In this document: piece by piece, positions 5,741 through 13,707 of the stretch
Layout of the letters: every line of letters starts with the position of its first letter
How positions within the stretch are numbered: the stretch's first letter is position 1
NCBI RefSeq assembly: GCF_000258425.1
Contig: NC_017461.1
Coordinates: 874,949 to 898,948 of the forward strand
Direction: 5' to 3'
From: Fervidicoccus fontis Kam940
GTDB lineage: Archaea > Thermoproteota > Thermoprotei_A > Sulfolobales > Fervidicoccaceae
Length of the DNA: 24,000 nucleotides
Translations under genes and position numbers: made by a program
Notes under the pieces: generated by a model
Told to the model about the DNA's origin: nothing
Database searches by the model: none
What the model saw: only the letters and a program-made list of their open reading frames with translations

Positions 5741-6445
5741 ATGAAAACCACTGTTTCAACGGGAAATGATGAGTTAGATGTAAGGCTTCAAGGAGGGCTT
5801 CCTTACCCCAGCTTAATACTTATAGAAGGAGAGCAAGGAACCTCTAAGACTGTCTTAGCACAGCAATTTGTCTATGGAGCTTTAAGAGATGGGCTTAGAG
5901 GAATTGTATTAGAGACAGAGATGCCTTCAGTAGATTTCCTGAGGAAAATGAAGCTCCTTAAGATGGACATAGTAGACTACGTAATAAAGGGCAAAGTACG
6001 TTTGCATTCGATCCTTTCCAAAAATTTGGAAATAAACGATGTGGTGCTTTCAAATGCATTGACAGTTTTTGAAAAGTACATTAATTCTAAGCTAGATAAC
6101 TTTGACTTCCTTGCGATAGATTCATTGTCTATGCTTGTAAAGTTTGCAAAGTACAGCGAAGTGCTAGAGTTTTTCTCTAACCTAAAGAAGATCTCAACAA
6201 GCGGAAAGCTGATCTTTGCCACGATGCACTCTAGTATATTAAGCGAAGACATTCTCACAAAGCTGAGGGCTTTTTGTGACGGTTACATAAAGCTTGGGAT
6301 ATCTAACATAGGCGGAAGGAGCGTAAAAGTCATGAACATAGTTAAGCTCAGAGGAGCGCCGACGAGTTTTGACTCAGTTATATCGTTTGATGTAGATCCC
6401 GCTTTTGGAATTAAGCTTGTTCCGATAGCATTGGCGAGGGCTTGA
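5741..6445 (+). CDS. arlH: ArlH (FlaH) RecA/KaiC-like ATP-binding protein
   Basis: STGNDELDVRLQGGLPYPSLILIEGEQGTSKTVLAQQF contains the P-loop region. The C-terminus is ISFDVDPAFGIKLVPIALARA. 234 aa, in the operon position before arlI. Confidence 0.9.
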   Translation: MKTTVSTGNDELDVRLQGGLPYPSLILIEGEQGTSKTVLAQQFVYGALRDGLRGIVLETEMPSVDFLRKMKLLKMDIVDYVIKGKVRLHSILSKNLEINDVVLSNALTVFEKYINSKLDNFDFLAIDSLSMLVKFAKYSEVLEFFSNLKKISTSGKLIFATMHSSILSEDILTKLRAFCDGYIKLGISNIGGRSVKVMNIVKLRGAPTSFDSVISFDVDPAFGIKLVPIALARA

Positions 6446-6449
6446 AAAG

Positions 6450-8987
6450 ATGTCGTTTCTTCAAATAAGGAAAAAGAAGGGTATCGAAAATATATTAAAA
6501 AGCATTGGAAAAGAAGAGGTAGATTTCGGAGAAAGACCTCAATATTTGGAGGAATATGTAAAAAACGTTGAGAGCCAAATAGGAGAAAGACCACAGTTAG
6601 TTGAAAAGCTTAGCGGAGAAGCTAAAAAGCTGAGGGAATTCAATTTCATCTATCCGCTTGGAAACGGGATATTTGTCCACGTTACAAGCAGGCTGAAAAG
6701 CGAAAGCGGCTACAATAGATATATTGTAATTGAGCCGCCAAAGCCAGAAGCGAAGAAACTTTCGTTGATAGAGGAAGCTCTTGCATATCACATTTCAAGC
6801 GAGTTTACTCCCCAATCAAGCGAAGAAAAGAAGGCCATACTTTTGTATCTTCTAAATAAAATATTGGTTTCTAGAGGAAAAGCCAACGAAAAGGAAGAAT
6901 TAAAACTAGCGAAGAAGGGTAAAGTTCTAGTAAAGGAAGGCGAAGAAAACTATATAAAATACCACGTAGTTAGAGAGAAGGTCGGAGTCGGTATCCTAGA
7001 GCCCTTTCTCAGGGATCCGTATTTAGAAGACGTATCGGCGAGCGGTATAGGCAACATATTCGTTGTTCATAAGATCTTCGGATCGCTTGAGTCAAATATG
7101 GGATTTTTAGGAGATGAAGAGCTGGATGAGTTTATAATAAAACTTGGTGAGAAAATAGGAAAGCCGATAAGCTCGGCAAGGCCTGTAGTAGACGCGACTC
7201 TTCCAGATGGAAGCAGGATAAATATAGTTTTCGGTTCTGATGTGAGCTTAAGAGGTAGCAACTTCACAATAAGGAGGGTTTCAAAATCGCCAATAAGTGT
7301 GACACAGCTGGTTGATTGGGGAACTTTTGATGCGAGAATTGCAGCTTATGTTTGGATGATGTTAAGAGAGGGGATGAGCCTGTTCGTTTGCGGGGAGACA
7401 GCAAGCGGGAAGACCACCAGCCTAAACGCAATAAGCGTTTTCATAAAACCGAACGCTAAAATAGTCTCAATAGAGGATACAGCCGAAGTGGTATTTCCTC
7501 ATCCAAACTGGACTAGAGAGCTTACAAGAGATACGGGTCGACCTGAGAGTAGCGTAACCATGTTTGATCTTTTGAGGGCAGCGCTTAGACAGAGACCAAA
7601 CTACATAATAGTTGGAGAAATAAGAGGAGCGGAAGGAAACATCGCATTTCAAGCAATGCAGAGCGTCAGCAGAGACACTCCAATAATGATAAAAAGGGAA
7701 GGGGAAAATGCCTTGCTTACAAATATAGGAGATTTCGTTGATAGCTACTATAAAGAAGGCGAAGAGGGAAAAAAGTTCGTAAAGGACGTAAGTGTTCTTT
7801 CTCTTTCTCCTAATGGGAAAATTATTTTCTCTCCTATAGAATATTTGCTGAGACACAGAGCAGAGGAGATCTATACAATTATCCTTGAAAACGGTTCTAA
7901 CCTGAAAGTTACAGGCTCCCACAGCTTGTTTGTCTTCGACCCTTCAACGGTTCAAATTGTTCCGAAGCCAGTTTACAAGCTAAAAGAAGGAGATTATTTG
8001 ATAAAGGCTGAGCTGAAAAAAGAAAGACCATTGCTTAGAAAAAGCGGCGGAGAAATAAGAGGAGGTGTCCTTGTTTTCGAGAGGGACCTTGGAGTCAGCA
8101 GTAAAATTGAGGAACTTTGGAAGGAAAGCTTGAGAGTCAGAAGGATGAATTCTATTCGTCTATCGATTTTAAATAAGATATTTGAGAGATTTAACATCAT
8201 AGCTTCAGAGATCACGAGATTTGCTGGAGAAAACAGCTCAGAGCTTTATGATGTGGAAATTCCCGTTAATGGTATCATGAAGCTTTTCCTATCTTCGCTC
8301 TTTAACAAATTAAAAGGTCAGGCAAGGGAAAAAATGAAAAGGCTGTTTTACCTGCTCGAGAGCGATTTAGAGTTGGTTATGGTTAAAGAAATACGTAAAG
8401 AAAAATATGAGGGATTCGTATATGACGTTTCTGTTCCAGGTACTCAGCTATTTCTTGGCGGAGAAAGACCTTTTGCCCTCCATAACACAGGACATCCGGT
8501 TATGTCCACCTTCCACGCAGCAGACATTTCCAAACTTATTCAAAGGCTTACAAATCCGCCAATATCTATACCAAAAACGAATATGGATAACCTAAATATA
8601 GCGTGGTTCCAGAGCGCTGTTTATGTAAAAGGGTTTCCTGCCAGAAGAGTAATTAACATTAATGAAATCATAGGATACGATCCTGCTAGCGATGCAATTG
8701 CGACGATGCCTGTTTTCACCTGGGATCCTGTTGCTGATAGATTTCTGTTTTCAGGCAAGGGATCAAGCTATTTGCTTGAAGAAAAGATAGCTGTTATGAG
8801 AGGCATACCTAGAGGCAGGATAAATGAAATCTATGAAGAACTTGAGACCAGGAGAAGATATATTCAGGATCTTGTAGACCTTAAAGTTTTCGATTACGAT
8901 AGAGTCTTCAAGGCTGTGATATATGCAGAAAATGTTGGTATTGAAAAAGCTCTAAGAGATCTAGAAAGCGGAAGGATTTCGTTTTGA
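6450..8987 (+). CDS. arlI: ArlI (FlaI) archaellum assembly/motor ATPase, intein-containing precursor (845 aa; 570-aa exteins)
   Basis: Walker A GETASGKTT, Walker B region NYIIVGEIRGAEG and His-box TGHPVMSTFHA of the GspE/VirB11/FlaI secretion-ATPase superfamily. The conserved core is interrupted by 825 in-frame nt. Confidence 0.95.
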   Translation: MSFLQIRKKKGIENILKSIGKEEVDFGERPQYLEEYVKNVESQIGERPQLVEKLSGEAKKLREFNFIYPLGNGIFVHVTSRLKSESGYNRYIVIEPPKPEAKKLSLIEEALAYHISSEFTPQSSEEKKAILLYLLNKILVSRGKANEKEELKLAKKGKVLVKEGEENYIKYHVVREKVGVGILEPFLRDPYLEDVSASGIGNIFVVHKIFGSLESNMGFLGDEELDEFIIKLGEKIGKPISSARPVVDATLPDGSRINIVFGSDVSLRGSNFTIRRVSKSPISVTQLVDWGTFDARIAAYVWMMLREGMSLFVCGETASGKTTSLNAISVFIKPNAKIVSIEDTAEVVFPHPNWTRELTRDTGRPESSVTMFDLLRAALRQRPNYIIVGEIRGAEGNIAFQAMQSVSRDTPIMIKREGENALLTNIGDFVDSYYKEGEEGKKFVKDVSVLSLSPNGKIIFSPIEYLLRHRAEEIYTIILENGSNLKVTGSHSLFVFDPSTVQIVPKPVYKLKEGDYLIKAELKKERPLLRKSGGEIRGGVLVFERDLGVSSKIEELWKESLRVRRMNSIRLSILNKIFERFNIIASEITRFAGENSSELYDVEIPVNGIMKLFLSSLFNKLKGQAREKMKRLFYLLESDLELVMVKEIRKEKYEGFVYDVSVPGTQLFLGGERPFALHNTGHPVMSTFHAADISKLIQRLTNPPISIPKTNMDNLNIAWFQSAVYVKGFPARRVININEIIGYDPASDAIATMPVFTWDPVADRFLFSGKGSSYLLEEKIAVMRGIPRGRINEIYEELETRRRYIQDLVDLKVFDYDRVFKAVIYAENVGIEKALRDLESGRISF
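7662..8486 (+). mobile_element. Intein (275 aa) within ArlI
   Basis: Junctions are AFQAMQ|SVSRDTPIMI... and ...ERPFALHN|TGHPVMSTFHA. Block A has Ser1 and DTP. Block B is LKVTGSHSLFV (TxxH). Block F is GFVYDVSV. Block G is FALHN followed by Thr+1. Deleting it restores the contiguous AFQAMQ-TGHPVMSTFHA motif. Confidence 0.85.
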
Positions 8988-9000
8988 ATAAGGTGGTCGA

Positions 9001-10641
9001 ATGAAGCTAAATAGGGAAGAAGCAGTATTCCTCTCTTTGGGAATTGCGGGGATATTAGCTGGAGTTGTCCTTTTTTTGATGATAAAAACAACATTGTTCT
9101 CTATTATTTCAGGAATAATACTTTCAGCTTCCATTATTGGGGGGATTATTTACCCCATTTTTCTCAGACCTAGGTTAGGATCTACAGAAGTCGATGCAGA
9201 CTTTACCTTTTTACTCCAGCACTTGCTGAGCGTCTCTACAGGCAATCCCCCTAGGTCATCTCTATTTGAGGTCGTAAGCAAAGAGAACATATATCCAAAA
9301 TACTCACCGATTTTTTTAAAGATTTATAAGCTTGGAAAGGAGTGGGGATATAGCTTTCCGCAGGCATGCAGACTTGTCGGAAAAGAAGTAGGCAATAAAG
9401 TTCTTAAGGAGTTTCTATCAAGACTCAGCATAGTGCTTTCTGTAGGAGAAGATGTTGAGCAGTTTTTGAGAACAGAGCTCTCCTCTATATTAAATATATA
9501 TGAGACACAGTACATGAGGACCATAGAAGCCATGAACGTATTTCTCGGAATATATACAAGCCTCTTGGCAGCAAGTGTGTTCATGCTAGCCAACTTTCTG
9601 CTTTTAGCTTTCTTCTTCGGTGGGGATATAAGCATGGTCACTATGAGCTATGCTTTCGTAATAGCTACAATAGGCATAGTAGCTCTAGTACTCTACATAA
9701 CAGTTCCACAGGAGGCCTTTGAGAATAAGCTTGAGCCTAGACCTAGGGCTTATGCTGTGACCAACATATTATCTATAGCAATTACCTTGACTTTTTCTGT
9801 TGCCTTTTTATTTTTAGCTTTAAAACACATGCTCAGCTTCTATAGCATAGGGATATTGCTTATAGCATATGGCGCCTTCCTTTACATTCCAGGAAGGATT
9901 GCAAAAGGGATTGAGAATCTAATCGAAAACATTGACGATTTCTTTCCGGTTTTTATTAGAAGCTACTCCCTTAACTATGAAACAATACCAAATCACGCAA
10001 AAGCTTTAAAGCCTATGTTGCTTGTAGAACTGGGAAAGCTGAGCAAAATACTTAAAAATCTTTATGCAAGGCTCATGAATGGTATAAACCCTCAGATAGC
10101 ATGGATGATGATGGCGGCTGAGACAAGGAGCGAGCTTGCTAGGAGGTTTTTGAAGATCTTTGAAGATACGATCGAGAAGGGAGGAAAGATATCCCAGGTC
10201 GGTGCTAGCATAAGCGGTCACTATAATACTATAGTTGGCCTTAGGAGGAATAGGCTTCAGGTCGCAAAGACGTTTGAAATGACGACATACATAATGCAGG
10301 GAGCAATAGTTGTTATCAACATATTCGTTTCGAGCCTTCTGCAGGGCTTTTCGCAAATGCTTTCATCCATGCGGTCTTCAATTCCAGGAAATGTTTTTGG
10401 AATAATGTTCGGTAGCAACATATCCATTCAACTAGTTATGATATTTGCCACGGTTTTTTCTTTCGCGACTGCACTTTTGAATGCACTTTCAATAAACAAA
10501 GTGACTCCAGGAGTCTCAAAAAGCTTTTGGTATTACTTTTCTATATTGCTGGTTGCTACTGGTGCTGGAATTATTGCAGGAGAATTCATGATAAGCTATA
10601 TACTGAATTCTGCTCTGCAGGGAATGACAAATTTAATTTAA
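9001..10641 (+). CDS. arlJ: ArlJ (FlaJ) polytopic membrane platform protein of the archaellum
   Basis: 546 aa with many TM helices and two cytoplasmic soluble segments (GspF/TadC-like organisation). It is the last gene of the operon. SD-like AAGGTGG lies upstream of the ATG. Confidence 0.9.
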   Translation: MKLNREEAVFLSLGIAGILAGVVLFLMIKTTLFSIISGIILSASIIGGIIYPIFLRPRLGSTEVDADFTFLLQHLLSVSTGNPPRSSLFEVVSKENIYPKYSPIFLKIYKLGKEWGYSFPQACRLVGKEVGNKVLKEFLSRLSIVLSVGEDVEQFLRTELSSILNIYETQYMRTIEAMNVFLGIYTSLLAASVFMLANFLLLAFFFGGDISMVTMSYAFVIATIGIVALVLYITVPQEAFENKLEPRPRAYAVTNILSIAITLTFSVAFLFLALKHMLSFYSIGILLIAYGAFLYIPGRIAKGIENLIENIDDFFPVFIRSYSLNYETIPNHAKALKPMLLVELGKLSKILKNLYARLMNGINPQIAWMMMAAETRSELARRFLKIFEDTIEKGGKISQVGASISGHYNTIVGLRRNRLQVAKTFEMTTYIMQGAIVVINIFVSSLLQGFSQMLSSMRSSIPGNVFGIMFGSNISIQLVMIFATVFSFATALLNALSINKVTPGVSKSFWYYFSILLVATGAGIIAGEFMISYILNSALQGMTNLI

Positions 10642-10645
10642 AAAA

Positions 10646-12352
10646 TTAAAATTTCGGTCTTTTCTGTGCAACTTTATCCCTTGCATTCGAAATTATTGAG
10701 TCTATCTTTTCTAAGAAGTCCGGAGGTAATTTTTTGAATATGGGTTGCGGTTGCCTTATGCTCTTCCCGGATTCAAGCTTTTCCTGAATTATTCTCCTCA
10801 GACCTCCTTCCTTAGGACCATTGATATTTAAAATTGAGTAAAAAGCCTCCGATGATGATGGAGTTATAGGCCAGAGCAAAGTCATTAGAACATTCACATA
10901 ATTTAACATGTTGTAAATAATAGTGCCTGCTCTCTCTCTGCTCTCTTTAATTTCGTCCCACGGTGCTTGAGAATTGAGATACTGGTTTCCCCTTCTGGCC
11001 ATTTCCAATATCTTATCGCTTGCAAGTTTAAGCTTAGCGTTGCTATAAGCAGCGATCGCCTCATTGTAAAATCTTTCCATATCATTTAAAAGTTTAATAT
11101 CCTCTTCGCTCAGCTTTGATTGATTTGGTACAGAGCCATTGAAGTTCTTGTATGTAAATGTCAGAACCCTGTGTACAAGGTTGCCTATATCGTCGTTCAG
11201 TTCTGAGTTAATTATTCTGTAGAACTCACTCCAGCTGAAGTTTGTATCCTTAGCTTCTGGCCTCATTCGTATAAGTGCAAATCTCCAGTAATCTGCTGGG
11301 AGAATCTCGAGCGCTTCATCTGCCCAGACTCCAATCCCTCTGCTTTTGCTGAACTTCTCTTCTTGAAATAGAAGATATTCTGTAGCGCTTATCTTCCAAG
11401 GCAGAGGATAACCTTCTCTAGAGGCGATCAGCATTGAAGGGAATATTATCGCATGAAATGGGATGTTGTCTTTTCCAATAAAGTATATGGTTTTTGTGTT
11501 TTTGTCCTTCCACCACTTTTCAAATTCATCGCTCCTTCCTATTTTTTCGAAGTGCTCCTTAACAGCACTTATATATCCTAACAGTGCGTCGAACCATACA
11601 TAGATAGTCTTTCCCTCAGCACCGGGAAAAGGTGCAGGGACTCCCCAGGAAACATCTCTTGTTATACTTCTTTCTTTCAATCCTTCTGCCACCCAATTAA
11701 TGCTGTAGTTCTTAACATTGTCGTCAAGCTCATCGTTGTTCTTTAGCCATTCCAAAAGCTCATTTTGAAGCATGTCCATTTTGAAAAACCAGTGCTCAGT
11801 CTCCTTGTATATTGGCTTTGAGCCGCAGAAGACACAATGCGGATTTATAAGCTCGGTAGGAGTCAGCAATCTACCACAGTTATCGCACTGATCTCCTCTC
11901 GCTTTTTCATAGCCGCAATATGGACAGGTGCCTTCTATGAACCTGTCTGCAAGAAAGATCTTGTCAACTGGGCAATAAGGAAGCAACTCCTTCTTTTTAA
12001 CTATATAACCGTTTTCATATAATTTCATGACGAAATCTCTAACAAAATTTATGTGTACAGGATTGTGAGTTCTCGAATAATTTGTGAATGTGATTTCCCA
12101 ATCGTTAATCAGTTTAGTTACATAGCTATGCATCGCATCAGTCATTAACTTCGGTTCTATCCCTTTCTTTTTAGCTTCTACTTCTATGGGGGAGCCGTGC
12201 TCATCACTTCCGCTTACATATACAGCATCCTCTCCCAATAGCTTTAAAAATTTAAAGTAGACGTCTCCTGAAAGCAAGCTACCTATCATTGTTCCAAGAT
12301 GAGGAACGTTATTAACGTATGGCCATGCAGCGCAGACAACGTATTTTCCCAT
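10646..12352 (-). CDS. metG: Methionyl-tRNA synthetase
   Basis: HIGH-region variant PYVNNVPHLGTMIGS, KMSKS-type KFSKSRG, and zinc knuckles CPYCGYEKARGDQCDNCG and CVFCG. 568 aa, with no C-terminal Trbp111-like domain. Confidence 0.95.
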   Translation of the reverse strand: MGKYVVCAAWPYVNNVPHLGTMIGSLLSGDVYFKFLKLLGEDAVYVSGSDEHGSPIEVEAKKKGIEPKLMTDAMHSYVTKLINDWEITFTNYSRTHNPVHINFVRDFVMKLYENGYIVKKKELLPYCPVDKIFLADRFIEGTCPYCGYEKARGDQCDNCGRLLTPTELINPHCVFCGSKPIYKETEHWFFKMDMLQNELLEWLKNNDELDDNVKNYSINWVAEGLKERSITRDVSWGVPAPFPGAEGKTIYVWFDALLGYISAVKEHFEKIGRSDEFEKWWKDKNTKTIYFIGKDNIPFHAIIFPSMLIASREGYPLPWKISATEYLLFQEEKFSKSRGIGVWADEALEILPADYWRFALIRMRPEAKDTNFSWSEFYRIINSELNDDIGNLVHRVLTFTYKNFNGSVPNQSKLSEEDIKLLNDMERFYNEAIAAYSNAKLKLASDKILEMARRGNQYLNSQAPWDEIKESRERAGTIIYNMLNYVNVLMTLLWPITPSSSEAFYSILNINGPKEGGLRRIIQEKLESGKSIRQPQPIFKKLPPDFLEKIDSIISNARDKVAQKRPKF

Positions 12353-12545
12353 TTCAACCCGCCATTTAGTTTCTAGTTTTTAAAATGTTATTTCATTGTT
12401 ATTTTAAAAACTTATTTATTAAAATATGAAGTAATTAGCTACGAAAAGCTTACTTTATAATAAAAATTAGCTAAAAATCTCAAGTGTCAGTATATATTCT
12501 ACTTTATATCTTGTATTATATGTATAATAGTGTTATTAAAAATAT

Positions 12546-13697
12546 ATGAGGTGCAGAAGCTCATTGAAACTCGTGAAATTCACACCAAAAATAGAAAGGT
12601 ATTTTGATTATGAAAAACTTGATTGGATTATATCACACGGAATAGGCGTCGATCATACCGCAGATATGACGGCTTTTTCGCAAACTTTAGCTCAAGTAGG
12701 AGCACTCAAGGGAATTGAGACATATTACTACATGAGGTATGACGACAGCCCTGAAAGGAACTACATTCCCATGATCTTTTATACGGTGTTTGGCAATCCA
12801 AATGTTCCTGTGCTTCTTCACGAAGAGGTTGAGCCTGTTGGCGAACTTTTCAATGTTATTGCAGTTTTTAGCTCAAGTCTCCTGCTTCAAAAGACATCTC
12901 AAAGGGCTCTTTTATTCGATGGCGCAAAGAAGAATGCTATACTTGTTGTAAACACATCGATATCTCCTGATGACGTAGTCAAGCTAGTTAAAAAATACAA
13001 TCTAGCACAAGACTGGTTCGGAAGGGTTGTAACTATAAGCGCGGCTAGGATAGATTCTGCTATTGCCTATCCTATGCTAGGAGCAGTAGCAAGTGCTTGG
13101 GACAGAGTTGACCTAGATTCTCTGCTTGCTGCGGCTGATATATTTGGTAAAGAGAAAAAGAAAGAATCTATAAGAAAGGGTTACGAAAATTCGTCAGTCA
13201 AAGAGGTCCATATACTTGCTGAGGAGACAGAGATGTTTAAGAAAATAAAGAACGAAATCGAACTTCCTGAATATACTGGAGAGTTCTGGACTCCAGAAGT
13301 CTACTATACATATCAGAAGGCAGCAGCCGAAGCTCAAACATACTCTTCAAGAATAGCTTCAATGCCTAGGTGGGAAGTCTTAGCACCTGGTTTGATCGAG
13401 TTTGGTCCAAAGCCTGGAAATAAAAACATCGGCTTTACGACTCAATGGAGGTGGCAGAGACCCATTATTGATTATAAGAGATGCACAGATTGCAAACTAT
13501 GCCACTACTATTGCCCTGATGGCGCAATCAGTTTCAATCCAATAAAGATCGACTATGATTATTGCAAGGGCTGTGGCATTTGTGCTAATGTATGCCCCGC
13601 AAAGGCTATAAGTATGGTATCGGAACTTGAGCATCTTGAAGGCTTAAAGGATAGAGAGGTGCTTAGGAGATTTGACCAAAGAGAGTACGGATTCTGA
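12546..13697 (+). CDS. 2-oxoacid:ferredoxin oxidoreductase, fused gamma-delta subunit (substrate not assignable)
   Basis: The C-terminal delta-type 2x[4Fe-4S] module is CTDCKLCHYYCPDGAI ... CKGCGICANVCPAKAI, preceded by WRWQRPIID. The N-terminal gamma-like domain is inferred from context with the alpha and beta genes. The start may instead be TTG at 12564, because GAGGTG (12548-12553) overlaps the annotated ATG. Confidence 0.8.
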   Translation: MRCRSSLKLVKFTPKIERYFDYEKLDWIISHGIGVDHTADMTAFSQTLAQVGALKGIETYYYMRYDDSPERNYIPMIFYTVFGNPNVPVLLHEEVEPVGELFNVIAVFSSSLLLQKTSQRALLFDGAKKNAILVVNTSISPDDVVKLVKKYNLAQDWFGRVVTISAARIDSAIAYPMLGAVASAWDRVDLDSLLAAADIFGKEKKKESIRKGYENSSVKEVHILAEETEMFKKIKNEIELPEYTGEFWTPEVYYTYQKAAAEAQTYSSRIASMPRWEVLAPGLIEFGPKPGNKNIGFTTQWRWQRPIIDYKRCTDCKLCHYYCPDGAISFNPIKIDYDYCKGCGICANVCPAKAISMVSELEHLEGLKDREVLRRFDQREYGF

Positions 13698-13707
13698 GGT
13701 GATCTAA

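Noticed and set aside
7467-7922. 151-aa antisense ORF inside arlI overlapping the intein. I considered it as a possible free-standing homing endonuclease on the opposite strand.
   Set aside because: The Cys/Phe/Tyr/Arg-rich composition is typical of the antisense frame of a real gene, there are no nuclease motifs, and it lies entirely within a strongly supported CDS.
10642-10645. arlJ and metG converge with only 4 nt between their stop codons, leaving no room for terminators.
   Set aside because: Tight convergent packing is common in compact archaeal genomes. Termination signals probably lie inside the opposing genes. This is not unusual enough to report.
12550-12559. The 10-mer GGTGCAGAAG is shared between the OFOR gene start (12550-12559) and the GT4 gene upstream region (22054-22063), with similar downstream context ending in TTGAAA/ATGAAA.
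   Set aside because: Shared 10-mers are expected many times by chance in 24 kb. The similarity is most simply an SD-like GGTG plus spacer. I used it only as a hint that TTG 12564 may be the OFOR start.
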